A stretch of DNA of 45,654 bases from Octopus bimaculoides (Eukaryota), in NCBI RefSeq assembly GCF_001194135.2, contig NC_068993.1, positions 18,841,739 through 18,887,392 of the forward strand. The letters are read 5' to 3'. Of the stretch, positions 35,389 to 43,340 are shown one piece after another. The position numbers were made by a program, and so were the translations under genes. Under the pieces are notes generated by a model that ran no database searches, had not been told where the DNA came from, and was given only the letters and a program-made list of their open reading frames with translations. Positions within the stretch are counted from its first letter, which is position 1; the number at the start of each line of letters is the position of its first letter.

Positions 35389-36693
35389 CACACACTCTTA
35401 CTTGTATAAATGAAGTATGAGAGGNNNNNNNNNNCACACACACACACACACGCACACACACACACTCTTACTTGTCTGTCTGCTAAATGAAGTTTCAATC
35501 CACTTAGATGTAAACATTTATCCAGAGATAATTTTTTTTTCTGCTAGGCCTTAAAAAAGAAATTGGTAAAATAATCATGGTATCAGAATTCAGGAAGCAT
35601 CATAACATACAGAAAACATATGTGAACTGTGTTAGGAATGGTTCACTGATTGCACCTCGCATGGCATTATAGTAAAATCACAAAGCAAGACGTGACTCAC
35701 TACATAACAGTGTCCCATGAAGGTTAACTTCTTATTGTGAATATGTGTGTGTGTGTAGTTTGTCCGTCGATGCGACATAGACCATCTAGTCATCCTGGGG
35801 TGGGGGTGGGCTTTTTTTGTGAGTCTGCAAATGGCTAGTGAGGCCAATCTGCGCCCATAAGAGTCTTTGACAGTGTGGACAGGGAATGGTAGCACCTGCT
35901 ACAGGGTTGTTAGCTCTGTTCTTCCTGGATTGTCTGCAGTCTTCTGCAGCAACGATCCTATTGGTCTCGCATATGTTGGCACCCTTGTGAACAGCTGATC
36001 ACCATCTTTCTCTGTCTAGAGCAGACTGCTCCCTAGTTGCATGATCGATGTTGAAGGGTTTCAGTGTGTGCTTAAAGCGCTTCTTTTGGCCGCCTTGTGA
36101 GCGCTTTCCCTTTTGCTGTTCGCCAAAGAGTAATCTTTTTGGTAATCGATCATCTGACATGCGAGCTACATGCCCTGTCCAGCGAAGCTGAGACTGCATC
36201 AAGATGGTATGGATGCTGGGCAGAAAATTCAGCACCATCGTAAGATAACTACATGATGACATGTTGGCAAGGGTACATCTGATTTATTGAAGCAAGATGA
36301 CAGCCATGTTGACGTCTTCATAACAAGCAATCAAAATTAAGTTTTTATGAAAATATATTCAAATTAGAATTAAGGTTTTATGATATTAAGGCTGAATTAA
36401 ATTTTTGGCTAAATACAAGACAGTGCTTCTTGCTCTATTATAATTAGCTAATAATACTAAAAATAACTGATTACTTACATTAGCATAAAACCATAAATTG
36501 TTTGAGAAGGGGTAAAGTGAATAGACTATTTATTTTGTTTATCTCCTCCAAAATAATGTTTATCTTTTATTTTTAATTTCAGGGTTGGCTTCTCAAAAAA
36601 CTCCCAACTTCATTGGTCACATGGCAGGTGAAAAATCAGCACCTTGGTATTCGAGCACGTCGCTATGCCAAAAACAGAGCAAAAGCAGAATAG
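3657..36693 (+). CDS. HSD17B12: Very-long-chain 3-oxoacyl-CoA reductase (KAR / 17-beta-HSD12-like SDR), 10 coding exons, 327 aa. Join: 3657-3852, 12579-12625, 16577-16652, 19131-19241, 20845-20909, 22163-22207, 22735-22851, 24790-24855, 27140-27289, 36583-36693
   Basis: Manual splicing gives 984 bp with no internal stop, and every intron is GT-AG. Motifs: hydrophobic N-terminus, WAVVTGSTDGIGKAYAEELA (Rossmann TGxxxGxG), LISRS, LVNNVG, NVGSASG, catalytic YSACK, PFYVTTKLS, basic C-terminus. Orthology to HSD17B12 rather than HSD17B3 or HSDL1 is by motif recognition, not phylogeny. Confidence 0.9.
3910..4050. mobile_element. hAT-like MITE, 141 bp
   Basis: Perfect 15-bp TIR cagagtggtccccaa / ttggggaccactctg with a CpG-rich subterminal segment. 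No clean 8-bp TSD seen. Confidence 0.65.
4255..4430 (+). mobile_element. SINE family B
   Basis: ttctgagttcaaatccagccgaagtcaactttgcctttcatcctttcgaggtcgataaaata core. Confidence 0.7.
5670..6056 (-). repeat. 3' LTR (387 bp)
   Basis: Direct repeat of 8018-8410; AATAAA on the - strand at 5773-5778; preceded on the - strand by the PPT. Confidence 0.9.
6057..6068 (-). promoter_or_regulatory. Polypurine tract
   Basis: The - strand reads GAGGGGGAG-CCA directly before the TGTAG of the 3' LTR. Confidence 0.75.
7451..7698 (-). repeat. 248-bp internal duplication carrying a second PBS block and an inverted unit
   Basis: 7451-7655 aligns with 7699-7903 (cctgcagctgtggaataagc...). 7653-7698 is the reverse complement of one array unit. 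Confidence 0.85.
7835..8017 (-). repeat. 42-bp tandem array of [U5-terminus copy + AT + tRNA-Trp PBS]: four full units plus one partial PBS
   Basis: On the + strand, TGTAGG(G/A)AA starts recur at 7849, 7891, 7934, 7976 and 8018 (the true LTR). PBS copies lie at 7869-7888, 7911-7931, 7954-7973 and 7996-8015, with a partial at 7835-7846. The - strand consensus TGGTGACCCCGACGTGATTC is complementary to the tRNA-Trp 3' end. Confidence 0.9.
8018..8410 (-). repeat. 5' LTR (393 bp)
   Basis: On the - strand it starts TGTAGTGACG and ends TTCCCTACA; AATAAA on the - strand at 8121-8126; followed by AT and the PBS. Confidence 0.9.
8770..9270 (+). mobile_element. RTE-clade LINE reverse-transcriptase fragment (degenerate)
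   Basis: Translation IPSGWCSSIIVCCYKGKGDALNRNNYRDIKLLDQVMK...QFGFVSRKSTTDVILLVRQPQEKY is a typical non-LTR RT N-terminal region. Confidence 0.85.
9401..9660 (-). mobile_element. SINE family C (RTE-like tail), 3' part
   Basis: tcatcatttaatgtccgctttccatgctagcatgggttgg...ctggatgcccttcctaatgccaacc; homologous to 32148-32500 and 19580-19817. Confidence 0.75.
10187..10403 (-). mobile_element. Mariner-derived MITE, TA-flanked, 217 bp
   Basis: Imperfect TIRs caaaagagtgctgaaaagtttctg / caagaacttttcggtaccctctcg; TA at 10185-10186 and 10404-10405; the - strand keeps LEKLKDHCNKYVNLQGDYV, resembling a mariner transposase C-terminus. Confidence 0.75.
11088..11512 (+). mobile_element. Two tandem SINE family B copies
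   Basis: gagctggcagaatc...ttctgagttcaaatt...ccaaaatttgaaatcaatattaagtt occurs twice, head to tail. Confidence 0.8.
12579..12625 (+). CDS. HSD17B12: KAR exon 2 (VVTGSTDGIGKAYAEE)
   Basis: Acceptor tgttttag, donor gtaagt, 47 bp, contains the NAD(P)-binding glycine motif. Confidence 0.95.
12917..13000. repeat. (GT)n microsatellite
   Basis: Pure dinucleotide run. Confidence 0.95.
14180..14405. mobile_element. TTAA-type (piggyBac-like) MITE, family P2
   Basis: Similar in reverse orientation to 22525-22707 and 45245-45370; ttaactcttt...aaaggtta ends. Confidence 0.55.
14474..14693 (+). mobile_element. Young SINE family B copy with 17-bp TSD
   Basis: TSD agaaa(c/t)attggactgaa at 14457-14473 and 14694-14710. 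Confidence 0.85.
15259..15566. mobile_element. hAT/Charlie-like MITE
   Basis: TIRs tagtgctactcgaagt / agtttgagaagcactg; degenerate 8-bp TSD gcttaaat / gttaaaat. Confidence 0.65.
16577..16652 (+). CDS. HSD17B12: KAR exon 3 (LASKGLNIVLISRSPEKLAAVAKEI)
   Basis: Acceptor taacag, donor gtaaat, 76 bp. Confidence 0.95.
16904..17275 (-). mobile_element. SINE family A, full length
   Basis: Reverse complement of 33052-33449; tRNA-like head plus internal microsatellite. Confidence 0.85.
17430..17642 (-). mobile_element. SINE family B
   Basis: Reverse complement of the B consensus (gaatttgaactcagaac...gattctgccagctcacc). Confidence 0.8.
18380..18660 (-). mobile_element. SINE family C / RTE tail fragment
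   Basis: aacgttcattttccatcctggcatgagttgg...gatgcccttcctaacaccaacc. Confidence 0.65.
19131..19241 (+). CDS. HSD17B12: KAR exon 4 (ETTYKVETKTITMDFS...DMKISTL)
   Basis: Acceptor ttacag, donor gtaata, 111 bp, phase 1/1. Confidence 0.92.
19445..19817 (+). mobile_element. SINE family C, near full length
   Basis: tRNA-like head shared with family A; tail gttaaatgatgatgatgat. Confidence 0.7.
19905..20270 (-). mobile_element. SINE family A
   Basis: Alignable to 16904-17275. Confidence 0.85.
20845..20909 (+). CDS. HSD17B12: KAR exon 5 (VNNVGVSYQYPEYLLDIPDREK)
   Basis: Acceptor cccatag, donor gttatc, 65 bp, NNVG motif. Confidence 0.95.
21140..21990 (+). mobile_element. Head-to-tail cluster of about 4 SINE family B copies
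   Basis: Heads near 21145, 21355, 21583 and 21810, all on the + strand. Confidence 0.75.
22163..22207 (+). CDS. HSD17B12: KAR exon 6 (ALLDLIWINVISMTM)
   Basis: Poly-T acceptor ttccag, donor gtgagt, 45 bp. Confidence 0.92.
22525..22707. mobile_element. Truncated P2 TTAA MITE ending 23 nt upstream of exon 7
   Basis: Ends aatgctaaagag-TTAA (22708-22711); homologous to 14180-14405 and 45245-45370. Confidence 0.6.
22735..22851 (+). CDS. HSD17B12: KAR exon 7, catalytic (MTSIVLPNMVEKGGGVIINVGSASG...YSACK)
   Basis: Acceptor tttcag, donor gttggt, 117 bp, contains the catalytic Ser and YxxxK. Confidence 0.95.
22875..23094. mobile_element. TTAA-flanked piggyBac-like MITE, family P1
   Basis: TTAA-CCCTTT...AAAGGG-TTAA; a second copy in the opposite orientation lies at 42619-42839. 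Confidence 0.8.
23400..24240 (-). mobile_element. CR1/L2-type LINE 3' fragment
   Basis: The - strand gives YQNKSMKLLTNLLQTVAHRHILSSVCLFYHYHNGLCSSELV, a post-RT C-terminal motif; a related copy lies at about 33880-34190. Boundaries are approximate. Confidence 0.65.
24258..24643 (-). mobile_element. tRNA-derived SINE (family D) with 15-bp TSD
   Basis: TSD tagatgt(c/t)taactga at 24243-24257 and 24644-24658; A/B-box-like head at the 24590-24643 end. Confidence 0.8.
24790..24855 (+). CDS. HSD17B12: KAR exon 8 (AYVKYFSEGLNSEYSDKGVITQ)
   Basis: Acceptor ttttaag, donor gtaaca, 66 bp. Confidence 0.95.
24996..25207 (+). mobile_element. SINE family B
   Basis: aagctggcagaatcattagcatgccagg...ccaaaatttgaaacc. 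Confidence 0.8.
25768..25857. repeat. (CTGT)n-(CT)n microsatellite running into a gap
   Basis: Seen directly. Confidence 0.95.
26713..26784 (-). pseudogene. tRNA-Thr(CGT)-like sequence (pseudo-tRNA or SINE head)
   Basis: The - strand GGCAGTT TA GTTT AATGGTA AAAC A CTTGA CGCGTAA TCACAG AGAT GTGAG TTCAAGT CTCAT GGCTGGC folds with D and T stems. The anticodon stem is imperfect, with G at position 33. Confidence 0.5.
27140..27289 (+). CDS. HSD17B12: KAR exon 9 (CVMPFYVTTKLSK...YGYFAHNLF)
   Basis: Acceptor gttgcag, donor gtgagt, 150 bp. Confidence 0.95.
27391..27680. mobile_element. TTAA-flanked MITE (piggyBac-like), 290 bp
   Basis: TTAA at 27387-27390 and 27681-27684; imperfect TIRs cccattacctccc / ggtaggtattggt. 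Confidence 0.6.
27762..28112 (-). mobile_element. SINE family A, diverged
   Basis: Same head, body and tail as the other A copies. Confidence 0.7.
28614..29225 (+). mobile_element. SINE family A, interrupted by about 180 bp of other sequence (28780-28960)
   Basis: Head gtgtggctgtgtggtaagaagc at about 28620; tail gaaacaagtaaaagata at about 29205-29225. Confidence 0.7.
29706..30125 (-). mobile_element. SINE family A, full length
   Basis: Alignable to 33052-33449. Confidence 0.85.
31283..31635 (-). mobile_element. SINE family A, diverged
   Basis: Shared tail and head motifs. Confidence 0.7.
32148..32500 (-). mobile_element. SINE family C
   Basis: Alignable to 9401-9660. Confidence 0.75.
33052..33449 (+). 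mobile_element. SINE family A, full-length reference copy
   Basis: Head ggcgcaggagtggctgtgtggtaagtagcttgc...ggttccgggttcagtcccactg (A/B boxes), body ccttgggcaagtgtcttctactatagcc, internal (TA)n(TG)n, tail gaaacaagtaaaaga. Confidence 0.88.
33880..34190 (-). mobile_element. CR1/L2-type LINE fragment
   Basis: Homologous to 23720-23950; the - strand gives SLCLFYHFYNGLCSSELTG. Confidence 0.6.
34209..34589 (-). mobile_element. tRNA-derived SINE (family E) with 13-bp TSD
   Basis: Perfect TSD ccataccagtaat at 34196-34208 and 34590-34602; tRNA-like head gtggaggcgcattggcccagtggttagggcagcggactc. Confidence 0.8.
34685..35070 (-). mobile_element. SINE family A, old copy
   Basis: Recognisable head and body; more diverged. 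Confidence 0.6.
35870..36340 (-). mobile_element. RTE/BovB-like LINE 3' coding fragment
   Basis: QLRWTGHVARMSDDRLPKRLLFGEQQKGKRSQGGQKKRFKHTLK...DRERW. Confidence 0.85.
36583..36693 (+). CDS. HSD17B12: KAR exon 10, last coding exon (GWLLKKLP...RRYAKNRAKAE*)
   Basis: Acceptor atttcag, phase 0, 36 codons plus TAG; the basic C-terminus is typical of the family. Confidence 0.85.
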   Translation, partial: GWLLKKLPTSLVTWQVKNQHLGIRARRYAKNRAKAE

Positions 36694-37213
36694 ATAGTGG
36701 TGAGATATGTTTGTCTTTCTTTTCTCTTTTCTTGTCCTTTTATTTATTCATTTCTATATTTAATTTTACATGGTAGTGTTGTTAGGAAATATTGCATATC
36801 AGAAAAACTTTAATTCTAGTTATTAATTACACAATTTTAAAAACTTTTCCTTATAAAGTATTTGATGATTGACCAACTAATATAATATAGAATACTATCA
36901 ATCTTTAGATTATGCATGTGGTGAGCTACTGAGGTAGACTTATTGTATTTAAAAGGAATAAATGAACTAAGATGAGCTAAATATCAATGCTTGATGTTAA
37001 CAGTGGCATTGATGGAAATTTCTGTGGAGTTGTAGACCTCTATTTAGACCTTAATAAATCTGCCTCTCTTCATCTATGTTCACTTCTTTATTTCTGTTCC
37101 CATATATATTCTTTTATTCACTGAGTTTCAATTCATTATCTCGCTGAAGAAAGAATAGGTTTGCCACAAGAATATTGGATGCAGACTACATGCTGAAAAC
37201 TGCACCAATTATA

Positions 37214-37420
37214 CAGGGTGTCCACAAAGTCTGGGTACATGGAGTAAATAAAAATATAACATAAACAATTAAATATAAGAAATAATAATTTCTTAAAGTA
37301 TGCGTTAATCCCCATGTGGGTATATGGAGTAAGTAAAATCATAAACAATTAAATATAAGAAATAATAATGTCTTAAAGTATGTGTTAATCCCCATGTACC
37401 CAGACTTTGTGGACACACTG
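37214..37420. mobile_element. Tc1/mariner-type MITE, 207 bp, with an internal duplication of about 80 bp
   Basis: 29-bp TIR CAGGGTGTCCACAAAGTCTGGGTACATGG with 1 mismatch; TA on the left and CA on the right. Confidence 0.8.
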
Positions 37421-37765
37421 CACAACTATTCTTGAAACAGCTGTAAAGGAAAAATTTGCACATCTTTTGTCTTTTTTTTTCAATTACAAGTTTTATGTGT
37501 GATAACTGTCATCTACCTGCCAAACTATGTCATATCAATACTACAGACTTACCTTCTGACTCTTCCTATTTACATTGCTGTTATTAAGAACTTTCAGTGA
37601 CCTCCTGCAATTTTACTAGTTTTTGCATTTGTTTTTCTCAATGTTGTATAAATATCTCATAAGCTGACCTGATGCCTGTTCTTTGCCAGTCTATTATACA
37701 AATATAAGTGTATGTTCATGCTTATATATTCATCTGTATATATATACTTTTGTGTATATAGGTTG

Positions 37766-37803
<38 letters not shown>

Positions 37804-37952
37804 NNNNNNNNNNNNNNNNNNNNNNNNNNNNNNNNNNNNNNNNNNNNNNNNNNNNNNNNNNNNNNNNNNNNNNNNNNNNNNNNNNNNNNNNNNNNNNNNN
37901 NNNNNNNNNNNNNNNNNNNNNNNNNNNNNNAAAATACTCCTCTAGTACTGTG

Positions 37953-38855
37953 CTAACCTTGTCTATAGAATTCATATTTTTTACCGTACAAATGATTTTG
38001 AAGACTGTGGAATAAATTATAATCAGATTGGGCAATGTCTGACAAATATAGTGGGTGGGGCATTGTTTCCCATTCGAAGTGCTCCAGCCTTTGGAATATC
38101 ATCCTCACTGTATGTGGCTGAGCGTTATCTTGATGGAAGAACACCTTTTGTTGTGAAACCAAAGATGGTTGTTTTTCTCCTAGTGCTGACTTAAGCCACT
38201 CAAGCTGCTTGCAGTAGATCTCCTTTGTTATCATTTGGTTTGGGTTTAAAAGTTCAAAGTGAACTAAATCTTTCATATTCCACCAAACGGATTACAACAC
38301 CTTATATGGGTGAAGGCCTTTAGCTTGGGGTGTTAGTGTTTCTCTTTTTCCTACCCACTATCTTTGGCGCTTGATATTTTTATGGAGAATCCATTTCTCT
38401 TCGCCAATCAATATTTGGTCCAAAAAGAGGTTCATTCGTGAGATGTGACGGCAAAGAAGTGCACACATTCACTCTCTGCATGTGATTAGACTTGGAAAGT
38501 TTGTGAGGAACCCATTGACCCAATTTGCTGACTTTTCCAATGCAGGTGTCGATGAATAGTTGAATGACCAAATCCCAGCTTCTCTGCTAGTTCCTCAACA
38601 GTTACGGTGAAATTTTGTTCCACCAGGATTTGCAGGACATCCTCGTCGAGCTCTACAGACTTACCTGGTTGAGGCTCGTCTTCTAGGCTGTAGTTTCCGG
38701 CTCAGAATTTCTGGAACTACCATTTACACTGGTTTACGGTTATTGTCCGATCCCCCATATACTGCATTGATATTCCTAGCACTTTCTGTTGTGCTGTTGC
38801 CGTTATTGAACTCAGAAAGCAAAATATGCCAAATACGCTCCTTTGTCACTTCCAT
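37953..38855 (-). pseudogene. Mariner transposase pseudogene (stops, frameshifts, internal deletion)
   Basis: ATG at 38855: MEVTKERIWHILLSEFNNG...SLEDEPQPGKSVELDEDVL (HTH region), then GQWVPHKL, FHQDNAQPH and PHPLYLSDIAQSDYNLFHSLQNHL (WVPHEL and YSPDLAPSD motifs). Confidence 0.88.
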
Positions 38856-39074
38856 TATAGCTCTGAAAATATAACTGTTAAAATCGAACTGCACTCTTCA
38901 AAACTTGCACCAAGAATAAGTTCAAGGCAAAATTACTACCTGTTTAATGCATTTGGAATATCATCAATACTGTCTTAGGAAATTTCTTGGGATAAATTGA
39001 AAAATGACCATCAGTGATGTGGAGGTACTTGAGAGAAGTGGTAGTAGAAGTGCAGACTCAATGATTCTGCAAAG

Positions 39075-39600
39075 TCATTTGTGGTGGGCTGAATATCTGG
39101 TAAGAATGGATGATGAAAGACTTCCATGGCAACTTTTGTATGGTGACCTGGAAGATGGTAGGAGACCCAGCAGATAAACCCAAAATGAGGTTTAAGGACT
39201 GCCTCAGAATTGCTCTGACACAGTAGTTTCAGTTGATTGGGAGATGGAGGCACAAGATCAGGATGGATGGAGGAAGAGAGTGCGCAGTGGTTGTTTGAAA
39301 GAGAAAAAAAATGAATCATGAGAATATTAAGAGAAAGCTTAGAAATCAACAGAAATCAGCCGATTGTAAATTGTGATATGGCTATTGTTCACCACAACAT
39401 GTGCAACCTGTGGATAGGTGTTGCTTTTCAGTTGGAAGATTTAAAAGGCATGTCAAAAGGGATCATACTATGGCACCTGTTCCTTCTGCCATCCAGTACA
39501 GCTGTGCATTATGCAGTGCACTCTTTAGCAAATCTTTAGCCAGGCTCAAAAGTCATACGAGGGCCTCACATTGCATCAACAATGACTCATTTTAGTGATT
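39075..39600 (+). mobile_element. RTE-like LINE 3' fragment
   Basis: HLWWAEYLVRMDDERLPWQLLYGDLEDGRR, then KPKMRFKDCL after a frameshift. Confidence 0.75.
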
Positions 39601-39643
39601 CTTTCTAGCAATGACTTTGCTCGTATACAAGAAAGCAGCTAAG

Positions 39644-39644
<1 letters not shown>

Positions 39645-39735
<91 letters not shown>
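39645..39735. repeat. (TG)n microsatellite
   Basis: Pure dinucleotide run. Confidence 0.95.
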
Positions 39736-39736
<1 letters not shown>

Positions 39737-40493
39737 AAAAGAATGTGTTATAATACGATGGTTCAGAGCTATACAAAATCCAGTTATTTTTTCGGAGCTA
39801 TACAAAAACAGCCATACTAACAATCCAACATACCTCCATCATCAGCTGCCCCATGGATAACATTATGGTTTTGACACCTGGGCAGTGCCATTTGATCTGG
39901 TGGTGTCAACAGCACTAAATTAAGTGTTGTTTGGGAACAAACATACCAAAAAAATCACAACTTTCAAATACATTTACCTGTGTGTGTACACGTTTGTTTA
40001 TATATATGTATGACTGTTTGTGTATGTGTATATGTATCTCTCACTCTCTTTCTGTCTATCTATCTGTCTATCTTTCTTCATGTTTCTGTATTTGTGTGTT
40101 GCTCTCTGTATGTATGTATATATATATATATGCATGTGTATGTATATATGCATCTGTATTAATGATATTTTGATATAGATATGACAATAAGTTTATGTGA
40201 GTTCCATAGTGTTGAAAACATCAGGATTTCTGTTGTGTAAATCTTGTTCTTCATTGCTTATCTTTGGTGGATTTACTTCATGCATGTATGTGTGTGTGTG
40301 TCTGATGTTTGGTGTCTGTGTGATGAGCTTCACACCTTATATATCTTTGGTGGTCTTTCAGACATTTCCTCTTGTAATGCTTTATCTAAACTTGTGTTGC
40401 ATTATAATTGGGCGGTGCTGCTGTGCTAACAGATATCTATCATTTTAACCCTTACCATAACTATGTTTATAGTCACTAATACATAATTACAAG

Positions 40494-40925
40494 GTGGTGA
40501 GCTGGCAGAAACGTTAGCGCACTGGGCGAAATGCTTAACAGTATTTCGTCTGCCGTTATGTTCTGAGTTCAAATTCCTTTGAGATCGACATTGCCTTTCA
40601 TCCTTTCGGGGTTGATAAATTAAGTACCAGTTACGCACTGGGGTCGATGTAATCGACTTAATCTCTTTGTTCTTGTTTGGCCCCCTCTATGTTTAGCTCC
40701 TTGTGGGCAATAAAGAAATAAGAAACATTAACACGCCGAGCAAAATGCTTAGCAGTATGTCGTCTGTCTCTACGTTCTGAGTCCAAATTCTGCTGAGGTC
40801 GACTTTGCCTTTCCTACTTTCGGGGTTGATAAATTAAGTACTAGTTGCGTATTGGGGTCAATCTAATTCACTGGCTGCCTCCCCCATTCTTTTCTACTCT
40901 AGGCCTTGTCGCTAGAGTAGAAAAG
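40494..40925 (+). mobile_element. Two adjacent or nested SINE family B copies
   Basis: A full copy at 40494-40725 runs straight into a head-less copy starting agaaacattaacacgccgagc. Confidence 0.8.
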
Positions 40926-40977
40926 AATAATACATGGTTACACACACACACACACACACACACAACTATACAAAGAT

Positions 40978-41415
40978 GCTACTTTTATCGTTTAGTTGTT
41001 TCAGCCATTAGACTGGGGCACTGCATTAAAGAATTTTAGTTGAACTTCTTGACTCCAATACTTATCTCTTTGTAAAGCCAGGTACTTATTCGGTCTCTTA
41101 TTCAGTCTCTTTTGCCAAGCCACTATGTTACAAAGACATAAACACACCAATATCAGTTGTCAAGCAGGTGGGGGACAAACACACACACACACACNNNNNN
41201 NNNNNNNNNNNNNNNNNNNNNNNNNNNNNNNNNNNNNNNNNNNNNNNNNNNNNNNNNNNNNNNNNNNNNNNNNNNNNNNNNNNNNNNNNNNNNNNNNNNN
41301 NNNNNNNNNNNNNNNNNNNNNNNNNNNNNNNNNNNNNNNNNNNNNNNNNNNNNNNNNNNNNNNNNNNNNNNNNNNNNNNNNNNNNNNNNNNNNNNNNNNN
41401 NNNNNNNNNNNNNNN

Positions 41416-41458
<43 letters not shown>

Positions 41459-41630
41459 GCATACATATATATACATATTCAAGATGGGCTTCTTTCAATT
41501 TCCATCTACCAAACCCACTTTGGCCAGCCTGGGGCTATTGTAGTAGGCCCAAGGTGCCATGCAGTGGAACTGAACCTGGAAGCATGCAGTTGGGAAGCAA
41601 ACTTCTTACCACACAGCCATGCCTGCACAT
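40978..41630 (-). mobile_element. SINE family A spanning an N gap
   Basis: Tail at about 40980-41180 and head at about 41470-41630; the internal microsatellite runs into the gap. Confidence 0.7.
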
Positions 41631-42019
41631 GTGCACACATTCATTAACAGTGCATTCACACTGAAATTCTTCCTTGGCCTTCTATGTAGAAACATATTGA
41701 AGAGGAGTTATGTAGAATGTCTTCAGACTCCTACCGAAACAGCAACAACAATAACAACAGTAGTAGCAATAGCAACTGAAAGCAAACTGTTCTTGTGATA
41801 AATGCATTGAGTGTTACAGTAAAAAGCTGTTCTTATCAGTAGTTTCCTCCCTTCTATGATAAGCAATAACTTCTGTGTGCCATTGCAATTGGTAATTGAT
41901 ATACAGTTTTAGATTGTTGATATGCACTTAGTGAACAATGAAAATATGTGGCACAGTTGTGTGTGTCTGTGAGTCTCTTGTGAAAGTAATTATCTTGCTG
42001 AATGTTATTTTTGTATTTG

Positions 42020-42590
42020 AATTGGTAGACTCGTTAGTGTGTTGGCAAAAAATGCCTTACAGCATTTGTTTCACTCCTCTTAATGTTCTGAGTTCAAAAC
42101 TAACTGAGGCCCGGCTTTGCCTTGTATCCTTCTGGGGTTTGTTAAAATGAAATACCAATCAAATACTTGAGTTTGGGGTATTTAATCACCTCTCTTAAAA
42201 ATTGCTAGTCTTCTGTCAAAATCAGGAACAATTGTCGTTGTTTGTTTATGCATGTGTGTGTGTCCATGTGTGCAGGTATAGTAGTGTGGTTAAGACGCCT
42301 GCTGTTCCACAACCTGTTTTCAGTCACACTTCACAACACCATGGACAGGTTCCTTATAAGGCAGTGAGCTGGCAGAATCATTAACACACTGGACAAAATG
42401 CTTAGCTAGCAGCATTTCATCTGTCTTTCAACCTGAGTTCAAATTCCACCAAGGTTGATATTGCTTTCATCCTTTTTGGGTTTAATAAAATAAGCACCAG
42501 TTAACTACTGGGATTGATGAAATTGACCAGTGCTCCCACCCCCTCATCACTCCAAAATTTCAGGCCTTGTGCCTATCATACAAAGGATTA
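42020..42590 (+). mobile_element. Two SINE family B copies
   Basis: Cores at about 42085 and 42435. Confidence 0.7.
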
Positions 42591-42618
42591 TTGTATGCAA
42601 GCATAGCTGTGTGCTTAA

Positions 42619-42839
42619 CCCTTTTGTTACCACATTTCTGTTGAGATACTTTGTGTTTCTTTCAATTAATATTAATATAACAAACAATTGAGTAAAATAA
42701 CTTAGTTATCATTAAGCTAGTGTTAGGAACATAAATTGTGACTAAGTTTTGGTAGAAGATTTTAATTCAGAACTTTTGAAAACAAGACATTTGTACTATA
42801 GAGCCTGAGGCGGTTTCAGGTGGGTTGGTGTTAAAAGAG
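42619..42839. mobile_element. P1 TTAA MITE, opposite orientation to 22875-23094
   Basis: TTAA at 42615-42618 and 42840-42843; alignable throughout to the reverse complement of 22875-23094. Confidence 0.75.
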
Positions 42840-42889
42840 TTAAGACATTTGCTTTGAAAGAACCTGGTTTTATGTCCACTCATTCTTTG

Positions 42890-43340
42890 CAGCAGCGAGC
42901 TGATAGAATCATTATCACACTGGACGAACTGCTTAGCACTATCTCTTTTATCTTTATGCTTCATGTTCAAATCCTGCTGATGTTAACTTTGTCTTTTTTT
43001 TTTTAAATCCTTTTTGGGTTGATAAAATAAAGCATCAACCAAGTACTGGGGGTTGATTTAATTGACTAGTCCTTTCTCTGTAAACTTGTTAGCCTTGTAC
43101 CAAACTTTGAAGCCATTGTTATTATTATTAAGATGGCGAGCTGGCAGAATCGTTAGCACATGAGGCAAAATGCTTAGCAGTATTTTGTCTATCTTTATGT
43201 TCTGAGTACAATTTTGATCAGCTTTGCCTTTCATCGTTTTGGGACGGTCAATAAAATAAGTACCAGTCGTACACTGGGGTTGATGTAATTGACTTGCCCG
43301 CTCCACTGAAATTGCTGGCCTTGTGTCAAAATTTGAAACC
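42890..43340 (+). mobile_element. Two tandem SINE family B copies
   Basis: Heads at about 42895 and 43133. Confidence 0.75.
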
